A stretch of 62,235 nt of DNA, counting the filler, from Choristocarpus tenellus KU-1152 (lineage: Eukaryota > Protista > Phaeophyceae): assembly GCA_964200185.2 (NCBI GenBank). It is 8 parts of 8 records of this genome, joined end to end, with 100 filler letters (N's around TTAATTAATTAA, not from the genome) between each part and the next. Parts side by side here need not be neighbours in the genome. Positions count along the whole stretch, not along the records: positions 8,211 to 14,915 come from CAXNAD020007522.1; positions 15,016 to 21,862 come from CAXNAD020007226.1; positions 21,963 to 28,143 come from CAXNAD020008740.1; 5 more parts are not named here. One strand, 5' to 3'. Shown in pieces: positions 12,831 to 25,131 of this stretch. How positions within the stretch are numbered: position 1 is the stretch's first letter; each line of letters opens with the position of its first letter. Made by a program: the position numbers and the translations under genes. The notes under the pieces were generated by a model, which ran no database searches, was not told where the DNA came from, and was given only the letters and a program-made list of their open reading frames with translations.

Positions 12831-15015
12831 GTGAGCCACCTGTCTGTACAGGTTCCAAGGATTCCTTCCTTTTGGAGGTTGCGTTGTGTGTGTGACTCTC
12901 TTCGGTATGGTGTTAGTTCCCTCCGATGCTGTAAGTTAAGTAACCTTGTGTGGATATAAATATGTTCCATCTGGGCATGTTAATGGAAGCTAGGGGAGTG
13001 CAATTGGGTATTCCAGAGACGTTTTCTTCTCTTTTGACACTCTTGAAGGGTGGGTTCTTGCCATTTCCCGAAGATTGGAACTAAAATAATTGGATACCCT
13101 GGATAATGAGAAGTAGCAGCTTCTAGTGTCAAATGGGGAAGCAAGCCATATCACAGGCGGAGATGAGGGCATGGGCTTAGGACCTTTCGATCATATCCGT
13201 CTCCCCTACAACCGAATAAGGGCATTCTCATTCGAATGATAACTGGACGAGCTTCGAAGGAAGCAGGCTGGTAATGCCGTCAGGTATTATGTGGGTACAT
13301 GCATTGCTGCCATGGAATTTGGTCTCACTAGAGAAATGTAGACCTCTTTTAGTAAAGACGCTGCATGAGGTGTTCGAGAGAAGTCCAATTTCTGCACCAC
13401 AGGTGGTACAATGAATGGTCAAAGCAGGGTGTAAACAGTCACCATGTGATAAGGAAAAGAGATTAAGGTTGATGGTTGTACTATGGTGTTCAAAATTAGT
13501 GGAGAGTATTCATTACATTGACCATACCATAGGTTTGTGATAATGCCAACCGAATGTGTACCCAATGCTATGGCGACTTACAAGTTTTTTGTGGCGTGAT
13601 ACCTCTTCCTTTCTGTGAGGTTATTGTACTGCAATGTAGCTCAGTCTGTTCGAGGATTTTTCTTGGGATACATGCTTAGGGGGTGCTTCCAGGTCAGAAG
13701 GTGTACTTTTCAGTGGATGCTGATGTGTTTTTTGTATTACAGGACCTTCAGTTAGGACTGAGGCTATTGATGAACATGAAAAAGTTGTGGGGATTCCTGT
13801 ATTGGTAGTGTCGAGAAGACCTTAAGAGTTACGGGTGGTAGCATAAAGGTGAACACACCTGTGGTAAACAAGATAGGGTGTGCTGTGAATGTTGTAGACT
13901 TCATGGAATACTCCAACAATGTCAAAAATGAGATGTATTAGCTGACCGCAGAGCATTTGCCCAAGCTGACTGCAAAGGGAAGGTAGTTACATGGAGTGGG
14001 CCGCTGTGGACACTGATGCAAGTCAATTGTTTATTTTTCTGGCCTCCTAATGAGGCTGTGAAATTGGTAGGGGTTGCACTGCAGCCAGACTGGAAGGGAA
14101 ATGTGGGGATATTTTCAAGATGTGTTGATCTGATCAGAGGTGACACATCTCCTGCTCTTCTGTGTTTCTTTTGTCTTTCCATGAGTGATGAAGGTTACAA
14201 ATTTTCATCATGCGTTAGATTGCACTTTAATCCAAATGATAGAATTAGATCACGGTTGTAAAACACTAAATATATGTATGTATATTTACTTCCATGTTAT
14301 TCCATGGCTGAAAGTTTGCTTCTATTTTATTAATGAAGGAATATTGGAGTATCTCCAGAGACCAAAATTGTAATCTTTTGACTATTGTACTGCAAGCATT
14401 AACTTTGTCCAGTGGCAAGACTCTTTCCTTTGGTTTGCATTGACGAATGTCAAAATTGAGTAACAGCGCAACAATGAGGACCCCAGGAGGCATAACCATG
14501 TGTAGACTACGAATAGTCAATTTGTGGAGGGAAGCATTGATTGTGAGCTGATATTTTGTACTTTGAGGTATGGTGTGGGCGCAATAGGAAGGCAGTGGTT
14601 TCTTTCTGATGTTGCAATGTTCAGTTATCTCACAAGAGCTATACATGACTATCCTTGTTGGAAATGGCCACATGAAATGTGGTGTGGATCATTTCCGCCG
14701 CAGGAGAATTTGTACCCATTTCTCTGTCCTTGCTTTGCAAATCTGGATAAGAGTGTGAGGACATCCTCAAATTGACACTGCAGTTGTTTTTACATGTGAT
14801 GTGGGAACGTACATCCCCATCAATAATGGTAATGTTTCCAGCTTGATTTTAGTACTACCACTACCCCGTGTTGCTTGAATTAGTTTTCCTAAAAGGGTCA
14901 AAGTATCTGGGGGGGNNNNNNNNNNNNNNNNNNNNNNNNNNNNNNNNNNNNNNNNNNNNTTAATTAATTAANNNNNNNNNNNNNNNNNNNNNNNNNNNNN
15001 NNNNNNNNNNNNNNN

Positions 15016-15722
15016 GGGGTGTGAGCCATCAATTATGGGTATTGGCCCAGCTGAGGCAATACGTGGAGCCCTACAGAAAGTCCAGCTCACTCTTGCAGAT
15101 ATTGACATCGTGGAGGTGTGTTCATGTATGGGGACAAAGCAAGTGTGATATTTTTGGTGATGTAAGATGCAAAATACTTAGTGATACAAGGACTGGTCTT
15201 GTTGCATCCATGTTGTAAATCTCCCCTATTTGCTTACCTACCTTGTATGTACTTCAGAAAACATGTAGAAATAATGCATTTGAGATTAATAAATATTGAA
15301 GGGAGGGGATGACATTTTTCAGTGGATGGATTAAATCATGCCCATAACTGAAAACAAGAAGGCTTCCTCCACTGATGTGCTATATACGACTAAGTGGGGA
15401 AAGAGACATCATCACACTTGAAAGAGCACTTACTTCCCCATCTCATCCTATAATATGCACTGCATATTGTTCATTTTGGCAGATCAATGAGGCATTTGCA
15501 GGCCAATACTTGGCTGTTGAGAAGGAGCTTGACCTAGACCGCAGCCGTGCCAATTTGAACGGGGGTGCAATAGCACTGGGTCATCCACTTGGGGCTTCTG
15601 GCAGTCGCATAATGGCTCATCTTACACATGAGCTTCTACGAACAGGAAAGAAAAGAGGACTTGGGGCTGCATGCATTGGAGGTGGCCAAGGTATTGCCAT
15701 TGTTATTGAAAACATGGATTGA
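15016..15722 (+). CDS. ACAA2: 3-ketoacyl-CoA thiolase (mitochondrial ACAA2-type), last two exons 15016-15115 and 15483-15722
   Basis: [19 protein letters not shown]|[41 protein letters not shown] contains the NEAF, GHP and CxGGG thiolase motifs. Confidence 0.93.
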
Positions 15723-16087
15723 GAGTTTTGATAGCCTTCACCAGCAAAAAGTGGATCAGCTTTGCATGTTGGCAGCCCCTGGTACCTTTCAAGAAGGTGA
15801 TTATCAGAGAGGTGGAAGCTATCCTTGCAATTGTTTTGAATTGATTATTCCAGCTAAACGTGACCATTGTGAGCTTTCAAACTGTTTTATGTCTATCAAG
15901 AAAAAGGGCCCCCATTCTCCAATCCGTCCCAACAATGTTGGGAGAAAGTTTGTGGCAGCAACTCTTTCTTTTTAAGAAAAAGAAATTCTATATTCGGAGG
16001 TTGCTTTATTCTGAGGGCTTTTGAGTGTTGGACTTGACTCACGTATGACGGGAGTGAGCAACTTGACTTCTATTTCTTTTTCACTAT

Positions 16088-18128
16088 TTATGAAGTTGCA
16101 TCTTCCACAACATCTGCTGGCGCCTGGACAAGTTCAATCAGCACACCCTCTCCAGATAAAGGATGGTCCACATTTCCTTTAGGGTGAATGAAGGCCACAT
16201 CATGACCGCTTGCTCCCTTTCTGATACCACCTGGAGTGAAACGAACCCCACGTGCAGTGAGCCACTCCACACACTCTGGCAAAGGATGCACCCATAATCC
16301 AATATGATTAAGGGTAGGAACATGTACCCTGTCACATGGATCATGTAGACAGAGCATGTGTGGTGTCAGCACATTCTCTGAACATCAAACATCTAAAATC
16401 TTCTTACAAGAAGAGGTGCAGTTATTAGTCAAGTCATATCAATAGTAAATATACATTAAATCTGCTATAAAACTTTGATGTATTCAATTAGAAATGAAAT
16501 GTGTGCTCAAACCATTGAGTGCTGATATGTGCTTTGAGCAATTCTTGTAGAGCGTGCACATCCACCAGAGAAACCACAAAATGTAAATCGATCATTTTGG
16601 CGTCAATTGTTTTTTTGCTTGATCCATAATAAAGTATCAAAAAATAGTTCAGTTAGTATAAATTCCCACTTGATGTTGAACTCATGGGGAAGCAACTATG
16701 CATCTCTTCTCACCTGGACATTCATTATTTATCACCTCCAAGTATCAAGTATTTCTCTTACCTTGGCGCTTTTTCAGGATCAAGGGGCTGCATGATGTCC
16801 ACCTCCACTGCATTCATACCCTTCCCAAGTTGCAGTATGTCCTCGTCTACATTTTCGTTCTGTGGTGTTGTGATAGGAACAAATTAAAAAATCAAAGCAT
16901 GTGTGTGGGGAAAAACATTATCTCCAAATAATTGTACAAGGTGAACCATGACAACTTTATGCTCAAAGTCCAAATATTCACAGGCCTTTCATAGAACTAA
17001 CACCTAGCCGTTGTCACTACACTAATGTCTCCTCTTCAAAAGACACGTAATGAAAATGAAAAATATTGTATGTGAGGTTGGTTCAAACCTAACAGCAATA
17101 GGAACAACCCTCTTTATGCCGAGGATGTTCTCATAAGGACATTACGAAATGGAAAGTACTGGATGTGAGGTTGGTTCAAACCTCACTGCTGTAGGAGTCA
17201 ACTTTCTCCACACCCAGGATGTCCCTCCACAGGTTTATCAGTGGCTGCAATGTTATATTACGGTAGTGGGGACAACACGCGATTATAGCAAAAGGTTTTA
17301 GAATCAAAGGATGGTGAGCTGTATGAACGTAAGTTCGTGGGTTGCCTGGAGTGCCGTCTGAACGATGTGTTGACCTCGATATCACAACTTCAACATCCTA
17401 GAAGTACCCAGATCCTTATCACATAAAATTTAGACAAATGTTGAAAAGATACCATTCAGCAGTGTACAACACTGCACACTTTTGACGAGAACACGCTGAA
17501 TCTGACAGAGACGGTCTCAATAGATTGACCATCATCACTTAATATGAAAATGGCATGAATGGAGAGAGACTCTTACACACCTTTAACAACATAGAAAATG
17601 TGTTCAATCCTCAAACTGCACGTTTCAGCATTGGTCCTTGTCAACATCTTCACCTGTTTGTCCACAGCTCCAATCGCAATCTGTTGCATCCCAAGAACTT
17701 TGAAAGGGCGTTCCTGCGGCGTCAGAATATATGAATAATAAGGTTAAGTCTTCGATGTCTACAGTACATGGCACAACAATTGAACAGTAAATATCGGCAA
17801 ACGAGGTACAATCCACAAAGAAGAATAAGGGATCGACAAAACCTTTCAATGAATCTGTATAAACCATCTAAACCTGCATCCGAATAACCTGGACTAATGC
17901 GTAAATCCATAGAAAAACAAAACACCCTGGGACTCTACCAACCTGAATTCCTGAAGAAGATTCCCTTGACTGACCCGTAACCAAGGGACGAAGCACCTTA
18001 ATCTGTGCCGTGGCTTCAAAGTGTTTCTTCAACAAAGAGGACCGAACACTATCACCACCGTGTCCCACTTTTGGAAGCCATACCCCCGACCTTTGGGCCG
18101 CTCCAAGGAAGCGCAGGAAGAAAACCAT
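16088..18128 (-). CDS. VOC/glyoxalase-fold protein, methylmalonyl-CoA epimerase-like, with N-terminal targeting extension; exons 18128-17943, 17713-17654, 17244-17182, 16859-16762, 16328-16088
   Basis: Spliced product: [10 protein letters not shown]|[20 protein letters not shown]|[12 protein letters not shown]|[30 protein letters not shown]|[49 protein letters not shown]. All intron phases are compatible. Confidence 0.9.
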
Positions 18129-18849
18129 GGTTAGTGTTAGGAGTGGCAAGTGAGGGATTGACTCTAGCTGTGTTGCTTTCCACTGGAATACCTACATCAA
18201 AATGGATATATTGGGATGGTGATATTTGAAAGAAGGTATACAATAGAGCCAGTACAGAGCTCTTTCACAACATTACAGAGAGAGCCAGTGCATTTTCAGG
18301 ATTTATCTTCACCCCTTCTATTCTAGTCTTGGCAAGAGGGACAACTTCAATGGTACGTTGATTGTTGCTCCACAGAAATATCTTCAGGTGGTCTTTAGTC
18401 TAAATGGATCCTGGTACGACTCCCGTTATCTTTCCACGCCCATTCAATATTCTAGTGCATGATGATGTTATTTGTATGATGGGTAACTATTGTGGGACAA
18501 TGATCCCAACCTCGACAACATGCACAGTAGGAGCCACTACATGAGAAGAAGTGAGTTTGGGTCAAGCTTCAAAATGTATTCCTAGAACATAGCAGGCGAG
18601 ATGGTGATGATTGGTGCCGAATACTTTCGTGACCAAGTGTTAGGGGAATGAACCCCAAGATTCAATGAGATTCGAAATCTCAAAGATTGCGTATGTCTCG
18701 GGGCATGAGGCCTAAAACATCCACGGTGCATCTCCCTTCATCTTAATGATCAGGCACTGTGAAGGGACGAGAATCGAAGCTCGTTCAAGGTTTTCCTTGC
18801 TGAGTGGTGAACCAGTGCGTACGTTGTTGGAGTGAACGTGGTCATCGAA

Positions 18850-20030
18850 ATGGACATGTATGCCTCGCCCACTTTTATAGGGTAAGTTCATCTCTTGCAG
18901 CCTCTCTCTATTCATCGCTCACCGTGCGCTTCCCAACGTGTCCTTTTAGCAAAAGAAAAGTGCTTCCTTATTTTTATTGAATTTTGATTCTATGTCATCA
19001 TCATCTGACTCTCTCTTCCCTTCATCTTTCCCAGGTATTCTTTGTGGTTGGTTGGAGGAGAGCCAGCTCGCTCTAAGTTTCAGACCATTATTTCAGACCT
19101 CAGTATAAAATACAACACACCGCACTTTGAACCCCATGTCACCCTATTAGCGGGTGTTGGGGAAGAGGGGGGTGAAGATGAGATTGTGGAAAAGACTAGG
19201 GGTCTGGCATCTAAGCTTGAGCCAGTATTGTCTAGGGTGGAGTGTTGCTCCTCAAAGGATCTCTTCTTCCAGGTATGGTATTATGGAAATGCTCTAAAAC
19301 CAACAATGCTTAGCTTGCCTGAATTTCGTTGTGCTCATGCTTGAACTCTCCTGTTGATGTCTTCCCTAATTCGAAGTCCTTTTTTCCATTATTTTTTTAT
19401 GTACTCCCCCACTTCTCTAACGTACCATTATTTCACATCCTATCACAGAGTGTGTTTGCAGTACTGAAGAAAGAAGATGCCCTGATGAGTGCTCACACAG
19501 CAGCAAGGTGGGCACCATGATGCATTATTGTTTCAATTGACTTTTGAGGCCAATCGAAAAGAGGCATCAACCTCAAATCTGACTACCCATACGAGGAGAA
19601 ATCTGTCAAAAGGCAGCAATTGACACATAAATTGCTGTAGGGTTCCACAGATTCAATTCAACTGGGAACAGCGTAAGACACTAAATACAACCTAAGGAGT
19701 CTAAGCTTTTGGCCCTCTTAAGGGAGCAACACAGATTATACCCTCAAAAATGTGTACTGTTTCCTACCCATCTCATGTAGGGTGGCTTTTGGACAGGATC
19801 CTGAAGGTGTTCTCACCTACATGCCCCACCTCAGTCTTATCTATGGAGACCTGGCCCCATCTGTTCGAGAGGACATTATTCAAACCGTGGAAGAAAATGT
19901 TAAGGGCACAGAGTTGTGTCTCAAGTTCATAGAGGTGTGGTGTACCAAGGGACATGTGTCAGAGTGGTACAAGGCAGCAACCATCCCACTTCAAGTGGAG
20001 GGGGAAGGAAAAACCTCGTCTGTACCATGA
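18850..20030 (+). CDS. 2H-family cyclic phosphodiesterase (plant CPDase-like); exons 18850-18881, 19035-19272, 19449-19507, 19781-20030
   Basis: MDMYASPTFIG|YSLWL..FEPHVTL..DLFFQ|SVF..R|..YMPHLSLIYGDL..IEVWCT..EW. Two HxT/S motifs and compatible phases. Confidence 0.9.
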
Positions 20031-20411
20031 AAATTGGACTCTGTAGTGTGCAGGAGGCTCAAGTTTGATTAGTGACTATTATATCTTACTACCTCTGGGC
20101 AGGAATGCAGCATTGATTTGGACATAATACCTTGAATAACTCACTCCCATCAACGGCTCTTTCAAACCAATTTTACCATTCTGAAAAGCGTATCCTAATT
20201 GGTCAGTCTAAATATCATATTCAAGTGACGTTTGTGGTATAGGAAAGGCAGAGGTCCTCGAAGAAGGGTGGAGCCAAGACCACAATTTGAAATCTCTAGT
20301 CAGAGCCTTCCTCTCACTAGGCACACAAATTGATCAGCAGATGTCTGAGATTACTGGTTGAAGAAAGGACAGTGATTGCTGAGCTGCTTTGAGACAACAA
20401 GGAGGGCTCCT

Positions 20412-20734
20412 TGTTGAATAACCTAGTGTTATCCTTCCGTTGTCTGCGCTGATACAAGGATATAACATAGGTTTCATGTACGTTTATATTTAGTTTGGTA
20501 AAATGCAAAGTAGTAACGTGAATAGCGGTAGGGTGGGCCAAAGGGCCAATACTAGTGGTACGATATAGTGGGCCATTGGACCAATACCAGTGGTACGGTG
20601 AGACAATAGTAGTAATATAGTGATATTGGGCACCTAGCAGACAATACCCGGTGGACAATAAATAATTCATTTTACCATGCAACCCAACTACTAGCTTTCA
20701 GCAATGAGTCTTTACAGCACCAAGCTTCTCAACA
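20412..20734 (+). mobile_element. Copia LTR (same family as 31241-33870)
   Basis: TGTTGA...TCAACA termini; reverse-complement match to 33618-33870. Confidence 0.75.
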
Positions 20735-21099
20735 CACTTAAGTGCCTCATCCAAACTCTAGCTAGGGGAGGCACAGCCGGACTGGTTTGGTTCGAGTTTG
20801 TATTACGTCACTCATGACTTCAGATGGGTTTCACATCAAACTACCAACTGCCTCTTGGTACGGTGTATTTTCATCAAAAAACATAAAAAATTAGACATGT
20901 CAATAATAGCAGCTTCGGCGGAAGTGTTCTGATGGTTACCAGATCTTGTGTAGAGAGGAAGGGTGTTGTCGTTGTCACCATCACCTAATCACCTGGAAGG
21001 GAGATTTTAAGTAGCTCTCCTGAATGTGATCTATGGGATCGAGCTAGAGCAGTAGATGTCTGGTTTGTTGTTGAATAATGTTTGGGTGGAGGCTGTATT

Positions 21100-21862
21100 A
21101 CCCCCTGGACACAGGGCAATAGACACTAAATGGATTCACAAGCGTAAGACTATCAAATTTGGTGAGGTAGTTAGATGAGGCATGTTTGGTAGCAAAAGAT
21201 TTTCGACAGATTGAGGATTTAGATTACCAAGATACCTTTGCTCCAACACTGTCCCCTGCATCTTTGAAAACGGTTTTAGCATTAGCTGCAGACAAGGATT
21301 GGGATGTGAAGCAAGCTTTTATCCAGGCAGACATTAATGAAGTGATTTTTAGCACCTGCTCCGACATCTCATGCCCCATCATCACCATCTGGCCAACCCA
21401 GCCCAACATCATTGTAGAAATGATTTGGGGGGGTCTGACCTCGATGGCATCTTGACTGTCATCACCTTTTGGAGCCTGAAACTATCTTCTCATCGGAATG
21501 GATTAGGAAATATTCACGTAGCTGCTCCCAAGCTCTTGAAGGTGACACTCCATTCCGTACAATGCACCTGTATAACTCGCTGGTACTCCTCAGCAGGACA
21601 TCATATGCCTTTTTGACCTTGGTGACCTCACAGACGACAACTATGCTGATTGGTTTGCAACAACCCGCACATTTTTGGGAGCTAAGGGGGAGAATGTGGA
21701 TGAAGAAGAGGTCAGCAAGGTCAAAAAGGCATATGACGCCCTACTGAGGAGTACCAGCAGGTTATACAGGTGCATTGTACGGAATGGAGTGTCACCTTCA
21801 AGAGCTTGGGAGCAGCTACGTGAATATTTCCTAATCCATTCCGATGAGAAGATAGTTTCAGG
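21100..21862. mobile_element. Copia RT and gag fragments, rearranged
   Basis: DTKWIHKRK..LVAKDFRQIEDLDYQDTFAPT..DVKQAFIQADI is Copia RT. SPSRAWEQLREYF is gag-like and occurs in both orientations. Confidence 0.8.
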
Positions 21863-21962
21863 NNNNNNNNNNNNNNNNNNNNNNNNNNNNNNNNNNNNNN
21901 NNNNNNTTAATTAATTAANNNNNNNNNNNNNNNNNNNNNNNNNNNNNNNNNNNNNNNNNNNN

Positions 21963-22342
21963 CATTTGACTTGGCATGGATTGTCTGGTTCAGAGGCCTG
22001 GGTCCTCATCTGTGAGCCGTGCCCAGCAGGTGACAACATCGCATAAACGGGAAATAATGGGAAAGTGAATGGAGACACAACAACGCGCATGTTTTCTGGG
22101 TGAAGATGACCTCTTCTGGCGTCAAAATCATTCTTAAATGCGCGGTTCGCGCGCGCGGACTACTTGGTTTAAGTATGGTCCTGTATTTCTCACGATTACT
22201 GCAAGTTGACCAACCGAGACCCATCAAATAAGGTTAAGCATGGTTATGCAATTACAACAAACGAATTTTCATGAAAAAAATTCGTTGTTGATCAAAAGTT
22301 ATGGCACGACAAAGTTGATGCAAGAGGCGACTGCCAACACTA
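21963..22342 (-). mobile_element. Partial copy of the TA-inserting TIR element (full copy 31284-32216)
   Basis: Reverse-complement match to 31284-31680, ending in TIR GAGGCGACTGCCAACACTA. Confidence 0.8.
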
Positions 22343-22573
22343 TAGGAGTTTTCCCTTTGTTGTCCGTTTGGGTCTTGACTTCTCACGGGTTCTTATGCCC
22401 TTATTCGGTTTTCTGTGTGAAGACAGTTACATAAAACGCATACGACTATGAAAGGTCCGTCCAGAGCAAGGATATTGACACATGCTAACATACACGATAG
22501 TCAAAATCAATCAAAATCGCAACATTGGGTTTATGATCCCGGAACAACACAGTCCTACCCTCTTAAATGCTTT
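22343..22573 (-). mobile_element. MITE family A copy, interrupted at a TA by the TIR element
   Basis: Reverse-complement MITE-A body ending in CCTACCCTCTTAAATGCTTTG. Confidence 0.7.
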
Positions 22574-22893
22574 GACTCGGAGTAAAACAACAACAGTCAC
22601 TTCAAACATCACTCACACCTTCAAGAGTTTGAACTTTGTTCTTCCTTCGTCCGGTCCAGGAGGTACGGGATTCTATGGGCTGCAGGTACTGTAAGCATTG
22701 CGTGTTGGTGCATGTTCAATATAATGGGAACAAGCAGGCTCACGACAAAAATGCCTGCGATCCGACTATACATACATATATATATATATATATACACGTG
22801 AAACATACACGCACATAATGACATAAACAAAAAACAAAACAAGACCAGGAGTACACATAGTTCACCATATAGTCCCCACGCCTTCCAACTCAC

Positions 22894-25100
22894 ATCAAAA
22901 ATGTAGTGGCAAAGAACACCCCTCCCGGCTTCAACACGCGGTGGATCTCTGACAGAGCTTCCTCCAGGCGAGTCCAGCAGTGCAGTGCCGCCCCAGCATG
23001 AATGCCGTCAACACTGCCACTCTTGACAGGGAGTCTACTGACATCACACCTGGCTCAGGTGTGACAGGGGAGGGAAGGGCAGGGGCGGTGGGTGGGTGAG
23101 GGGTGGAGGGGTGAGGGTTAAACGGGGAGGGGGATAGGATGGGGCAGAGGGGATCGATAGGTTTACATTTTAAACAGAAGCGCATAACCCGATAGGTTGC
23201 GAATTTAGAACAGAATTTTTGGGATTCTTGACGACCAAGTAATCAGAGGTCGTGAGAGTGGTCAAACAGTACACATTTACCACAAGGTATAGCTAGTTCC
23301 ACGTATGCTGTTGTCAGTAGCAGTTTCATTCTTAGTCATATTGTACCATGCCACTGACTAAATCAAAAAGCGATTGAGAAGGCTAGAGTGGGACTGGAGT
23401 CTCCTTGCAATGAAGGGAAACGGGATGGGGACTGGATGGAGAGAAACTGGTGAAAGAGGGCAAGAACAGGGCGAAGGCGTGAGGGGTGCAGGATTGATTG
23501 CAACATAATGAAACGTAATTATGTTGAGGACGTTATTTTTGGGGTTGATTTGATACACAGGGTGTACAATTGGCATCATAATTCAATTCTGGGGAGGGGA
23601 GAGCAGGAGAGGGGGGGAGGTAAGGTACAATTTGAACAAGAAGATCAGTGGGCTTATCAGCAAGAGATGAAAACATCCTCATTTTCTTGAAAAGCAAAAA
23701 AAAGGGTAAAAAATAAGAGGATTTGACAAAGGACAGAGGAACAGACACAATAATAATTGATGTACTATGTACTAACTATTATAGTAACATAAAATAAAAA
23801 TAAAATTGTATGCAAATGTGGAACACAATAATGTTTGATGTACTACGTATACACAATAAAAACAATAATTGTATGCACAGTATGTACTACATGTCTAGGT
23901 AGGTCTACCGAATGTTAGCAGCACTGGATGCCAAATCAAAGTGGTCACCCATGGCACAAAGGCATGCATGCACAAAAGGTAGGGGCTGTTGCAGAGCATA
24001 TACACTATGCGCTCTAGACCGCCACAGGGCAAGCAGTTGGCAAGTCATGCTGAGAATGGCAAAATAACAGGGATGATGTAAATTGAACTCCAGGATACAC
24101 TATAGGGCTACCTATTTCACAAGTAATTATACATTGCTACTGCCACTGACAAAGTATGGTGGGGGGGGGGGTGTCAGTGGCATACATGGTTAGATAGTGG
24201 GTGATAACAGGGGATAAATTCGTCTTTCATCCTGAAATATACATCCCTGTAGGGTGGGGTACATTTGACTAATAATAGAATAGACAGGCTCACCTTGATG
24301 TGAAGGTTCAACTATATTAGTGGGGCTTCTGTTGCCTTTTAGGGTAACATTCAACACAATACTCATTGTGGTAATGCTTGGCATAAAACTTATGTAGGTT
24401 TAAAAGGAGTTGGGAGGATCAAGAGGATGGATGGGTGTGAGACAGAGAGGAGTGAGGGTAGCAACAATGGGTTGATTAACTTATGATGTAAGTTAGAAAG
24501 CTCACACTATAGTATTCATATTAATACCACTTCACAACAATGGACACACACACCGTACATTAACATTCTTTCTAATAAGGTTTAGAATGGCAGTTACACA
24601 GATCACACTTTGAAGTAGTCATTCACATGGCTTTAGATAATGACAGCTACACAGAATACACTCCAATAATCATGCTTGTGACGATTGATAATGACAGTTA
24701 CAGACCACTTCTTGAAATGCGATCCATTCCGTAGTGGCGATTGCAGCTATCACAACCGTTCCTTCTCACAAATCCACCTCACTCTGCAAATAATAGAAAC
24801 ATAGCCCCAAGTACTACTCTTATTATCATCACGATAGAATCAAACTCACTTACAAAGAACCTAGACAACAGCCCTTCCCTTGAAGGTCAATGCCCTTACC
24901 ACTCCATCAATAACAACTCCATTTCACTCCACAAATACCTCGCAACAGTAGAAGGCCAACTGGCAATGATTTATATGTATGTGTACATGTACGTGAGGGC
25001 GGCAGCGGGGGGGGGGGGGGGGGGGGCCCCTGTGGGNNNNNNNNNNCCCCCGAAAGGTGCGAGGGGCAGGTGGAATTTGTTTAGGGGTGGTTGTGGGTGT

Positions 25101-25131
<31 letters not shown>

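Noticed and set aside
25005-25130. G-rich tract as a G-quadruplex element or poly-Gly/Pro ORF
   Set aside because: Homopolymers flanking an N gap; sequence quality is doubtful.
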